Assembly (NCBI GenBank): GCA_963668645.2
Contig: CAXXWC010000019.1
Span: forward strand, 512,001 to 576,000
Length of the DNA: 64,000 bases
Direction: 5' to 3'
From: Desulfobacterales bacterium
GTDB lineage: Bacteria > Desulfobacterota > Desulfobacteria > Desulfobacterales > UBA2174
Positions 39,155-48,080 of this stretch are shown here, piece after piece. Every line of letters starts with the position of its first letter. Position 1 is the first letter of the stretch. The notes below the pieces were generated by a model. The model made no database searches, was not told the origin of the DNA, and worked only from the letters and a program-made list of their open reading frames with translations. The position numbers were made by a program, and so were the translations under genes.

Positions 39155-40849
39155 GTGAACGATACTATCACGTCACAACCGCCGCAGGCATTCGCCGCCT
39201 TGATCCCGGTGCGAATTCTCAACGAATACGTCTACTGCCCGCGGCTGGCCCACATGATGTGGGTTCAGGGCGAATTCGCCCACAACGCCGACACGGTGGA
39301 AGGCCGCATCCGCCACAAACGGGTGGACCAGGAAAAAGGGCGCATGCCGGACGGGCCGGAAACCGAAACCCGAATCCATGCCAGCTCCGTGTCGCTGAGT
39401 TCCGAACGGCTGGGCATCACCGCCAAGATCGACCTGGTGGAGGGGGACGGAACAACGGTAGTCCCGGTGGACTATAAAAAGGGAAAGCGGCCGCACGTGG
39501 CGGCCGGAGCCTATGCCCCCGAAAGGGTCCAGGTCTGCGCCCAAGGGATGCTGCTGCGCGAGCACGGATTCAATTGCGAGCAAGGCGTTCTGTATTTCCA
39601 TGGATCGCGCGAACGGGTACCGGTCCGGCTGGATGACGAGCTGATCGCCGAAACCATGGCCGCCATTGAAGGACTGCGGTCACTGCAACAGGCGCCGTGT
39701 CCCCCGGGGCCTCTGGAGGATAGCCCCAAATGCGGCCGATGTTCCCTGATTGGCATCTGCCTGCCGGACGAAATGCGGCTTCTGCACCATTGCAAGGTCA
39801 CCCCCCGGCCGGTATTCGCCGGTGTGGAAAAAGGGCTGCCGCTTTACGTCCAGTCGCCACGTGCTTACCTGCGCAAGGATGGCCAACAAATCGTCGTCCA
39901 AGAAAAGAAGGAAAAAATCGCCGAGGCGCGGCTCAACGAGGTCAGCCAAGTGGTCCTTTACGGTTCGAGTGCCGTGTCCACGCCGCTGCTCCACGAATGC
40001 ATGGTGCGCGAGATCCCCGTCACCTACCTGAGCTACGGCGGCTGGTTCATGGGTCACTGTGTCGGCCTGGGGCACAAGAACGTCGAGGTACGCACCGGCC
40101 AGTACCGGAACAGCTTCGATGAGGCTGTCTGCCTCAAACTGGCACGCGGCTGGGTGGCGGCCAAAATCGCCAATGCCCGCACGCTGCTGCGGCGAAACTG
40201 GAAAGGAGACAACGACGACCGGGCACCGGCCGAACTGCTTCAGGCGCTACGCAACGATATCCGCCAGGCTTCGCAGGCCAAATCGCCGGAAACCTTGCTG
40301 GGCGTGGAGGGCAACAGCGCCCAGCGCTACTTCCACCAATTCACCCGGATGCTTTCCAGTACCGAGAATGGGTTGATGGCCTTCGACCTGGCCTCCCGCA
40401 ACCGGCGTCCGCCCAAGGACCCGTTGAACGCCATGCTCTCGTTCGCCTATGCCATGCTGACCCGGGAGTGGACCGTGGCCCTGTCTGCCGTGGGGCTCGA
40501 CCCGTACCGCGGTTTTTATCACCGGCCCCGCTTCGGCCGGCCGGCTTTGGCCCTGGACATGATGGAGCCGTTCCGGCCCCTGGTGGCCGACTCGGCCGTA
40601 CTCATGGCGGTCAACAACGGAGAGGTACGCCCCCAGGATTTCATCACCTCGGCGGTGGGCTGTAATCTCAAGCCATCCGGCCGCAAACGTTTCATCGCTG
40701 CCTTCGAGCGGCGCATGGAGCAGGAAGTCACTCATCCGATTTTCAAATACCGGATCAGCTATCGGCGCCTGTTCGAAGTCCAGGCCCGACTCCTGGCGCG
40801 CTATTTAACGGGCGAAATACTCCGCTATCCCAACTTCGTGACGCGTTGA
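39155..40849 (+). CDS. cas1: Cas4-Cas1 fusion
   Basis: Cas4: YCPR, KIDLVE, DYKKG, CGRCSLIGIC; Cas1: LLGVEG, NAMLSFAY, GFYH, LALDMMEPFRP. Confidence 0.96.
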   Translation: MNDTITSQPPQAFAALIPVRILNEYVYCPRLAHMMWVQGEFAHNADTVEGRIRHKRVDQEKGRMPDGPETETRIHASSVSLSSERLGITAKIDLVEGDGTTVVPVDYKKGKRPHVAAGAYAPERVQVCAQGMLLREHGFNCEQGVLYFHGSRERVPVRLDDELIAETMAAIEGLRSLQQAPCPPGPLEDSPKCGRCSLIGICLPDEMRLLHHCKVTPRPVFAGVEKGLPLYVQSPRAYLRKDGQQIVVQEKKEKIAEARLNEVSQVVLYGSSAVSTPLLHECMVREIPVTYLSYGGWFMGHCVGLGHKNVEVRTGQYRNSFDEAVCLKLARGWVAAKIANARTLLRRNWKGDNDDRAPAELLQALRNDIRQASQAKSPETLLGVEGNSAQRYFHQFTRMLSSTENGLMAFDLASRNRRPPKDPLNAMLSFAYAMLTREWTVALSAVGLDPYRGFYHRPRFGRPALALDMMEPFRPLVADSAVLMAVNNGEVRPQDFITSAVGCNLKPSGRKRFIAAFERRMEQEVTHPIFKYRISYRRLFEVQARLLARYLTGEILRYPNFVTR

Positions 40850-40851
40850 CA

Positions 40852-41139
40852 ATGGAACATTTTTACGTGGTGACATATGATGTTTGCTGCAACCGGCGAT
40901 GGCGCAAGGTCTACAAGACCATGAAAGGATTCGGTGAGTGGATGCAGCTTTCAGTTTTTCAGTGCAGACTGGACAAAGCAAATCATCTTCGCATGAGCGA
41001 CACGCTTTCGGAAATCATCGACCACATGGAAGACCACGTGTTGATCATCGACGTCGGTCCGGCCGAAAGCATAAAACCCAAAGTCACCAGCATCGGCCGG
41101 CCTTTCGATCCGATTGAACGGAAGAGTCTGATCGTTTAA
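40852..41139 (+). CDS. cas2: Cas2
   Basis: YVVTYDV, G.WMQLSVFQC, DHVLIIDVG. Confidence 0.95.
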   Translation: MEHFYVVTYDVCCNRRWRKVYKTMKGFGEWMQLSVFQCRLDKANHLRMSDTLSEIIDHMEDHVLIIDVGPAESIKPKVTSIGRPFDPIERKSLIV

Positions 41140-41344
41140 TTTTTTTTGCCGCATCGACGCGAGCGCAGTAGTGGAGTAGTTTTCCCCGGGAGCGCTCGCA
41201 CAAGCGCAAGTTCTTTGAAAATCGGTAGTTTTTATTCCAGAAGACTCTTTGAGCCCATGGAGAAATCCGAAAAATGCCCAAAAGCAAGCACCTCTCGCAA
41301 ACAGCCCGCTTGACCCTTGTCCCTGGCCGATTTATGAAGGGGCT
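41140..41344 (+). promoter_or_regulatory. CRISPR leader
   Basis: Non-coding stretch between cas2 and repeat 1; inverted repeat GCGAGCGC/GCGCTCGC (41159-41199); AT-rich centre; the degenerate repeat is at the far end of the array. Confidence 0.8.
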
Positions 41345-43005
41345 GATTTCCGAGGCCCAAGTGCCTCGGCCTCATTGAAGCAAATGTCTTCGCCCAGGGT
41401 CTTGATCAGCAGGCCAAGATTTCCGAGGCCCAAGTGCCTCGGCCTCATTGAAGCATCAGGTCTTCGCTCATAGGTTGCTCATCGTCGTTAGATTTCCGAG
41501 GCCCAAGTGCCTCGGCCTCATTGAAGCCAGGTGTGCACCCGGTGATCGGATTCCATGTCGCGATTTCCGAGGCCCAAGTGCCTCGGCCTCATTGAAGCTT
41601 TGTGAGTTTTTGCTTGACAGACTCATGATTCATGGATTTCCGAGGCCCAAGTGCCTCGGCCTCATTGAAGCATGATGGCGACTACATTACCTATTGGCTT
41701 GGCCGCGTTAGCGCGATAACGGGATTTCCGAGGCCCAAGTGCCTCGGCCTCATTGAAGCTCGCTTCGCAGTATGTCCAATCCGAGTTGGCCAAGGATTTC
41801 CGAGGCCCAAGTGCCTCGGCCTCATTGAAGCTCTGTCCGCCGGCTGGCTGGAACGTTCAAAGCCGGATTTCCGAGGCCCAAGTGCCTCGGCCTCATTGAA
41901 GCTTCTCGGGCCGCCGCCCGGTCACCTTCGCGCGCAGCGATTTCCGAGGCCCAAGTGCCTCGGCCTCATTGAAGCGGACTTCGCCACCCAGAACAACCGT
42001 TGCCGGATGTGGATTTCCGAGGCCCAAGTGCCTCGGCCTCATTGAAGCCGGGTAGCCATCGTCATCGTACATTTCTTTTTTAGCGATTTCCGAGGCCCAA
42101 GTGCCTCGGCCTCATTGAAGCAAGATTCATTTTTCGATCTCCAAAATGGTGATGGTGATTTCCGAGGCCCAAGTGCCTCGGCCTCATTGAAGCATCGATG
42201 TCTTCGGCGGGTTTCCCCCCCTTCGAGAGATTTCCGAGGCCCAAGTGCCTCGGCCTCATTGAAGCTGTTCGGCACCGCCACTGCACCGAGCTCATGCGCC
42301 GATTTCCGAGGCCCAAGTGCCTCGGCCTCATTGAAGCACTTTGGCCCGCATGGGTGACTTGGGGTCGTCGCGCGATTTCCGAGGCCCAAGTGCCTCGGCC
42401 TCATTGAAGCGTTTCGATATTGAGGCATTTTTCCCCCTTTCAGATGGATTTCCGAGGCCCAAGTGCCTCGGCCTCATTGAAGCGGCCACGGTCAGCTTGC
42501 TTTTCGCGCGCCGGCCGCCGATTTCCGAGGTTCAAGTGCCTCGGCCTCATTGAAGCGTCAAGGCGGAGATTTCAAAGCATCGGCGCCACCGGGATTTCCG
42601 AGGCCCAAGTGCCTCGGCCTCATTGAAGCTGCCGGTCAATGCCAGTTCGACGCGGATACGGAGTGGATTTCCGAGGCCCAAGTGCCTCGGCCTCATTGAA
42701 GCAAAAACTGCTTGTTGTCCGCCTGGTTGAGGGTAGGGGATTTCCGAGGCCCAAGTGCCTCGGCCTCATTGAAGCAGCGTGTGGCCGTCGGCAACGAGGA
42801 TGTCTCCGACGGATTTCCGAGGCCCAAGTGCCTCGGCCTCATTGAAGCAAAAACTGCTTGTTGTCCGCCTGGTTGAGGGTAGGGGATTTCCGAGGCCCAA
42901 GTGCCTCGGCCTCATTGAAGCGGTTGTTTGAAGTGATCCCGAGCTGGAGCTTGGCGCTCCATGGGTCGCATTTCCAAGGCCCGAACGCCTGGCGCTCATT
43001 GAAGC
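41345..43005 (+). CRISPR. CRISPR array: 23 repeats of 37 bp (GATTTCCGAGGCCCAAGTGCCTCGGCCTCATTGAAGC), 22 spacers
   Basis: Counted by hand: 21 identical repeats, one 2-nt variant (42520-42556), a degenerate terminal repeat (42969-43005); spacers 34-36 nt except 51 and 47 nt; 7-bp stem CCGAGGC/GCCTCGG. Confidence 0.98.
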
Positions 43006-43116
43006 GTTCCTGCCGGTCCCTTCTGCTTTTTCAAGATGAGTGAAGTGTATGGGTGAAGTTGCACAAGCGTTGATCTATGGGCGCCGGTGTAAGAGCGTCA
43101 AGGGAAGGGCGTCAGT

Positions 43117-43144
43117 GTAAGGGCGAAAAATCTTTCGCCCTTAC
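43117..43144. terminator. Hairpin between the array and the convergent gene
   Basis: GTAAGGGCGAAA-aatc-TTTCGCCCTTAC, a 12-bp perfect stem within a longer imperfect palindrome. Confidence 0.55.
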
Positions 43145-43192
43145 TCGCCCTTACTCGCGCCCTGACTGTCCCTTGGTCCCTTCCGACTGCGA

Positions 43193-43621
43193 CTACGGCC
43201 GCTCGGCCCCGGCCACCGAGGCGGTGAGCACCACTTCGTGCAACCGCTTGGCTACCAGGCGCTTGAGCGATTCATAGTCGCTGCGGGGCATCGCGACCTT
43301 GCCCACATCCACCATCTCTTCGTGAGCTGCCAGCGTGGGCCCGGCAGGCGCAACGTAGCTGCCCGCCACCATGGCCTGGAGCCTGTTCAGTTCCCGGCGG
43401 GGCATTTCCACGACCCCCAGGTCAGCCGCCGGCTCGGATATAGCGGCCACGGCCGCCGGCGCCCGGTAGGTACCGGCCACCATGGATTTGAGCTGTGCCA
43501 GATCGGAGCGGCCGATCTGGACCGTGCCCAGGTTGACGACATCGTTGGGGCCGGCGGCGGCCGGGCCGGCCAGGATCAGGGCCAGTAACATGCTCAGGGT
43601 GACAGCAGCGATTCGTTTCAT
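43193..43621 (-). CDS. Secreted hypothetical protein with three internal repeats
   Basis: Signal peptide MKRIAAVTLSMLLALILAGPAAA; three copies of (V/A)(N/D)(L/V)G.V.(I/M).R.(D/E)...L...VA. Confidence 0.8.
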   Translation of the reverse strand: MKRIAAVTLSMLLALILAGPAAAGPNDVVNLGTVQIGRSDLAQLKSMVAGTYRAPAAVAAISEPAADLGVVEMPRRELNRLQAMVAGSYVAPAGPTLAAHEEMVDVGKVAMPRSDYESLKRLVAKRLHEVVLTASVAGAERP

Positions 43622-43669
43622 GGGAAGATCTCCTCTGGGTTCCTTGGATGTTTTGTTTCAATATGAACA

Positions 43670-43781
43670 CGAACAATCGTTCATGTTTGATCCAAAAATA
43701 CGAACCCCGGTTCGGTTTGTCAAGAAAAAATCGAACCATAGTTCAAATTTTTCTTGACACCCAATCGATCTCGGATAAACT
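43670..43781. promoter_or_regulatory. Divergent promoters with three CGAAC-N4-GTTC operators
   Basis: Sites at 43670, 43701, 43732; TTGACA on both strands (43723-43718, 43754-43759). Confidence 0.7.
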
Positions 43782-43843
43782 CCAAGTAAAAAAGAGAGTT
43801 AAGGCCTGTTCAGAATTACTGAAAATCACACGGAGAAAGGTAA

Positions 43844-44476
43844 ATGGCAGACAGCGTCCGCGTTCCCCAGCAGCAGCGCAGCATCGAAACCCGCAACAGC
43901 ATCCTGGATGCGGCCCGGGCCCTGTTTAGCGAAAAGGGCTTTCACGGCACCAATTCCAAGGAGATCGCCACCCGGGCCGGAGTGTCCATCGGCAGCTTCT
44001 ATTCCTATTTCAAAGACAAAAAGGTCCTCTTCATGGAGGTCCTCAAAGCTTACGAGCACGAGCGGATCATGAAAATCCTCAAGGACCAGAACCGCCAGCG
44101 TCTCGAAGCAACCGGAAGCCGGGCCATCGTGCGGGGGATCATCGAGTCGGTTCTGGAGGCTCACGAACTTTCACCCGCCTTTGACCGTGAAGCCATGGCC
44201 ATGTGCTACGCCGATCCGGAGGTGGAGAAATTTCACGCGGAGATCGAGCACCAGATACACGTCCAACTGACAGAAACGCTAGGCCAGATCGAGGACCGGC
44301 TGCGCTTTGCCGATCTGGAGGCGGCGGCGGTGGTCATCAGCAACGCGGTGGAGCTGACCGTACACCATATCAAGCTCTTCAACACCCCGGTTCCAGGCCC
44401 CCGGCTCATCGAAGCGCTGAGCGACATGATTCACCGCTTCCTGTTCCGCGATTCAGGCCCGGAACCGACCCCCTGA
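43844..44476 (+). CDS. TetR/AcrR family regulator
   Basis: ILDAARALFSEKGF..T..EIATRAGVSIGSFYSYFKDK. Confidence 0.95.
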   Translation: MADSVRVPQQQRSIETRNSILDAARALFSEKGFHGTNSKEIATRAGVSIGSFYSYFKDKKVLFMEVLKAYEHERIMKILKDQNRQRLEATGSRAIVRGIIESVLEAHELSPAFDREAMAMCYADPEVEKFHAEIEHQIHVQLTETLGQIEDRLRFADLEAAAVVISNAVELTVHHIKLFNTPVPGPRLIEALSDMIHRFLFRDSGPEPTP

Positions 44477-44650
44477 ATAAAGCGCTCTCGCGCCCGAAAT
44501 AGCGTCCGTCCGCAAATGGCAGATTTTGGCTCCGGGCAAGACCCGAGCGTGTTTTCACCCGCAGACATGGTCCGCTGTCTCGAGGATTGAAAACGCGCCA
44601 GAACGCTGCCGGGGGCCGAAAGATGCCGCTTCCGGACGGACACGAAATAA

Positions 44651-44693
44651 TAAAACGGCATTCCCGGGCCGTCTGCCCGGGAATGCCGTTTTA
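44651..44693. terminator. Bidirectional intrinsic terminator
   Basis: TAAAACGGCATTCCCGGGC-cgtct-GCCCGGGAATGCCGTTTTA, a 19-bp stem between convergent genes. Confidence 0.85.
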
Positions 44694-44767
44694 AATGGCC
44701 GGTTGCCGGAAGGCGCCAACCGGCCACCCTTGCAGGGTTGCAGCGGGTATCGCCGGATCCGGCGTTC

Positions 44768-45214
44768 TTAAAGGTAGTGGATCTTGTCTGCGCCCAAAAG
44801 TGCACCGGCAGCCTGGGGCAACTTCACCGGCACGATAAAATCTTCAATCCCCGAAGTATCCTCGATGCTCTTGCCGGCGCCGTCGATCACGTGAAAGGTG
44901 CCGCAGGAAACGATATTGACGCCGAGCTGGTCTTTCTCAAAGCGGGCCAGCTGTTCCAGGTTTTCCGGCAGGGCTGAGGCCGAAAGCCCCTCGACCTGTC
45001 CGGCGATAAGCTCCTTGACCTCATCTTGAATCGGCAGTTTGGCCAGTTCCCCTTTCCTGGTCATCGCCACCCCGTAAGGACCGTAATAGATGGTCACAGT
45101 GGGCACCTTGGCAACGAATTTGGCCAGGAAAGCGACCACGTAGGCGGCATAATGATTGTAGGGTTTGTCCGTTCCGCTGTTGACCACGATCAAAAAATTT
45201 TCAGTGTTGGCCAT
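44768..45214 (-). CDS. DsrE/F-like hypothetical protein
   Basis: Strong RBS; secondary-structure pattern and single Cys (IVSCGT) resemble the DsrE fold. Confidence 0.55.
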   Translation of the reverse strand: MANTENFLIVVNSGTDKPYNHYAAYVVAFLAKFVAKVPTVTIYYGPYGVAMTRKGELAKLPIQDEVKELIAGQVEGLSASALPENLEQLARFEKDQLGVNIVSCGTFHVIDGAGKSIEDTSGIEDFIVPVKLPQAAGALLGADKIHYL

Positions 45215-45611
45215 TTTCCTTTCCTCCATTTTGAGCTTCTCTAAAATCCAGCGATACCCGATTGCATCCTGCGTAAAGAAATGAACCGCGCCGGGCCGGG
45301 GCCAGAGGCCCGGCCGGCAGCCGCGGCGCCGGTGGCAAGTTCGTGTCCAGCCCGAAGCGGCGCGTTCAGGCCCCTAGCGGCGTTCTCACCGGCTTCCGAT
45401 CCCCGGGGACATGGCAAGGCCTCCGGCTGGAAACTCGCCCAGGCCTTGACAGAAGCCCCAATTCACCATTTCCGGCCGGCCGCAAGTGATGTTTGAAAAA
45501 CCCGGGTTCAGCGGCCGATTTTGAAAAGCGCCGCTTATTCAAAACAGGTAAGCAGTTTCGAAGAGACTGCAACGCCGCGGGCGCCCCGCGACGCGCCTTA
45601 TCCACGCACCG

Positions 45612-46511
45612 TTAAACCGGCGGGGCGGAGAGGGCATCCAGGATCCGCTGCATGCCGGTATGCAGCGGCGCAAAACACGGCCCGAGCCGGGCATAAAGGG
45701 CCGCCTGGGCCCGGAAACCGGTACAGTGACCCGCCAGGACCCAGGCAGGGTTCAATTGCGAAAGGCTTTTTGCGGTCTTGTCGATGCACGCCTCGCCGGC
45801 GCTTAAAAGATGAAGACCGCCGATGATCCCGTGAATGCCGGAGGCACCGGTCAAGGCCATGGTGTGGCGGCAGATATTGACGATGCCGGCGTGGCTGCAA
45901 CCGGTGACGATCACCGGATCGTACCCGGCCACCCGGGCGACCACCGAAATGTCGTCGTTCATGGGATCGGCTTTCAGCCGGCCGTCCACGATGGTCTTGA
46001 GATCCATGCCGAGGGTTTCGAAGTCGGTTTGCCGGGGCACCTCTCCGGTGGTGGCCAGCCCGGGGGCCAGTACCAGCGGATCACGGGTCAGCAGCAGGCG
46101 CCCCCCGGCGGCCTGGATGCATTCGGCCGCGTCCTGCGGGGCCATGCCGATGTTTCTCAGCGCCCCTTCGGTAATGAAGTGGGGACGGAACAGCCCCGGG
46201 TGGGCGACCACCGGAAAGTCTTTTTTCCCCACGGCCGCCACGATGCGGGCCGTGCCGCGGGTGTGATCGTAGTGGCAATGGGTCAGCACCAGGGCGTCGA
46301 TAAGGTGCGGGTCGATCCCCATGAGGCGCATATTTTCCAAAAGCGCTTCCGGATTCTGGGCCACATCCACCAGAACCCGGCAGACCCCGGCCTCGCTTTC
46401 AGCCGTAAGCAGGATCGATATCCCGTGCTGGCCGAGATAAGGGGTGTCGTAGCCCGCCGAATCTTCGGCCACCACTTGAATGCAAAGCCGCCGCAGCGTT
46501 CCGCCGGTCAT
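45612..46511 (-). CDS. MBL-fold metallo-hydrolase
   Basis: QHGIS, THCHYDH, TGCSHAG, GGLHL, GHCTG. Confidence 0.9.
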   Translation of the reverse strand: MTGGTLRRLCIQVVAEDSAGYDTPYLGQHGISILLTAESEAGVCRVLVDVAQNPEALLENMRLMGIDPHLIDALVLTHCHYDHTRGTARIVAAVGKKDFPVVAHPGLFRPHFITEGALRNIGMAPQDAAECIQAAGGRLLLTRDPLVLAPGLATTGEVPRQTDFETLGMDLKTIVDGRLKADPMNDDISVVARVAGYDPVIVTGCSHAGIVNICRHTMALTGASGIHGIIGGLHLLSAGEACIDKTAKSLSQLNPAWVLAGHCTGFRAQAALYARLGPCFAPLHTGMQRILDALSAPPV

Positions 46512-47251
46512 GCCCTTCGTCCTTTTTTAAGCGCCGCGCCGCCCAGATAGGCCTCCTGGACGCGGGCGTCGTTTTTCAGTTGAGCCGCCGGCCCGCTGGC
46601 GGAGATTTCGCCGGTTTCCAGCACGTATCCCCTTTTGGCGATGGACAGCGCCTTGCGCGCGTTTTGCTCCACCAGCAGGATCGAAACCCCCTGGGCGTTG
46701 ATTTCACGGATGATCTTGAAGATCTGCCGCACCAGCAGGGGCGCCAGCCCCAAAGACGGTTCATCCAGCAGCAGAATCTTCGGCCGGCTCATCAGGGCCC
46801 GGCCCATGGCCAGCATCTGCTGCTCGCCGCCGGACAAGGTACCGCTGAGCTGCCGCCGCCGCTGGCGCAGGATCGGAAACAGGTCGAAAACCCGCTCCTT
46901 TTCCTGCTTCAAGTCCGCCTTTTGCCGGCGCCGGGTATAGGCCCCCAGGTTCAGGTTTTCGTCCACTGTAAGGGTGGCAAAGACCTTGCGCCCCTCGGGG
47001 CAGTGGGAAATCCCCATGCGCACCACCTCGAAAGCCGCAAGGCGCCCGAAGGCGCGGCCGGCAAAACGCATCTGCCCCTTTTCGGGCGGGATCAGACGCG
47101 AAACGGCCTTCAAGAGCGTACTCTTGCCTGCGCCGTTGGCCCCCAACACCGTGACGATCTCTCCCTCGTTGAGTTCGAGGGTAACGCCTTTGAGGGCTTC
47201 AACGGTACCGTAGGATACGTGCAACCCTTCTATGGAGAGCAGGGCGGTCAT
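46508..47251 (-). CDS. livF: Branched-chain amino acid ABC ATPase
   Basis: GANGAGKS, PEGR, LSGGEQQM, LDEPSLGLAP, VEQN. Confidence 0.95.
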   Translation of the reverse strand: MTALLSIEGLHVSYGTVEALKGVTLELNEGEIVTVLGANGAGKSTLLKAVSRLIPPEKGQMRFAGRAFGRLAAFEVVRMGISHCPEGRKVFATLTVDENLNLGAYTRRRQKADLKQEKERVFDLFPILRQRRRQLSGTLSGGEQQMLAMGRALMSRPKILLLDEPSLGLAPLLVRQIFKIIREINAQGVSILLVEQNARKALSIAKRGYVLETGEISASGPAAQLKNDARVQEAYLGGAALKKGRRA

Positions 47252-48070
47252 TCAATCGTCACTTTCGTCCTCATCGTCGTCTTTGCCCAGGTACGCCTCG
47301 ATCACCAGCGGGTTGCTGTAAATCTCTTCCGGGGTTCCCTCGGCGATCTTACGGCCCTCATCCATCACGGTGATCCAGTCGGAAATGCCCATCACCACGT
47401 TCATGTCGTGTTCGATGATCAGCAGGGTGAGCCCTTCAGCGGCCAGGCCCCTGAGAAAATCGATCAGTTCCCGCGTTTCCCGGGGGTTGAGCCCGCTGCT
47501 CGGTTCGTCGAGCACCAGCAGCCGGGGGCGAGTCGCCAGGGCCCGGGCGATTTCCAGCATCCGCTGGCTGCCGTAGGCGATGTTCTTGGCCAGCTCGTGG
47601 GCAAAACGCGCCAGGCCCACGCGTTCGAGCAGGTCCTGGCAAAAGGCGCTGACCCCCTGCTCCTCTTTGCGTTGGGAGGGGCTGTGGACCAGGGCGCTCC
47701 AGAAACCGGCGCCGACACGGCAGTGCTGACCGGCCATCACGTTCTCCAGGCAGGTCATTTCCGGAAAAAGGCGGATATTCTGAAAGGTGCGCGCGATACC
47801 CCGGGCCACGATGTGGTGCGGTTTGCGGCCCCCGATGCTCTCGCCGGCAAGCTGCACCTGGCCCTCGTCGGGCCGGTAGATCCCGGTAACCACGTTGAAA
47901 AAGGTGGTTTTGCCCGCCCCGTTGGGACCGATCAGGCTGCTGATTTCCCCTTTGCGCACCACCAGATCGATGTCGCAAACCGCCGTCAGCCCGCCGAAGC
48001 GTTTGGTCAGGGCGCGCGTTTGCAGCAGGACTTCGTCCGGCCGGGCCGCTATGGTTGCCGATGACGCCAT
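47252..48070 (-). CDS. livG: Branched-chain amino acid ABC ATPase
   Basis: GPNGAGKT, RTFQNIRLF, LEIARAL, IEHDM, EAYLG. Confidence 0.95.
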   Translation of the reverse strand: MASSATIAARPDEVLLQTRALTKRFGGLTAVCDIDLVVRKGEISSLIGPNGAGKTTFFNVVTGIYRPDEGQVQLAGESIGGRKPHHIVARGIARTFQNIRLFPEMTCLENVMAGQHCRVGAGFWSALVHSPSQRKEEQGVSAFCQDLLERVGLARFAHELAKNIAYGSQRMLEIARALATRPRLLVLDEPSSGLNPRETRELIDFLRGLAAEGLTLLIIEHDMNVVMGISDWITVMDEGRKIAEGTPEEIYSNPLVIEAYLGKDDDEDESDD

Positions 48071-48080
48071 GGATTGGACC

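Noticed and set aside
41382..42968. Self-targeting spacers within this window
   Set aside because: None noticed by eye, but this was not an exhaustive search; needs BLAST
41249..43043. Short ORFs with repeated FPRPKCLGLIEA/DFRGPSASASLK peptides
   Set aside because: Translations of CRISPR repeats
43058..43071. GTTGCACA followed by AGCGTT, resembling the IS66 target/end junction
   Set aside because: Short match with no IR partner or IS remnant; likely chance
43670..43745. SOS (LexA, GAAC-N4-GTTC) boxes
   Set aside because: The motif matches the Firmicute-type box, but neither flanking gene is a repair gene and a divergent TetR is the simpler owner; not fully excluded
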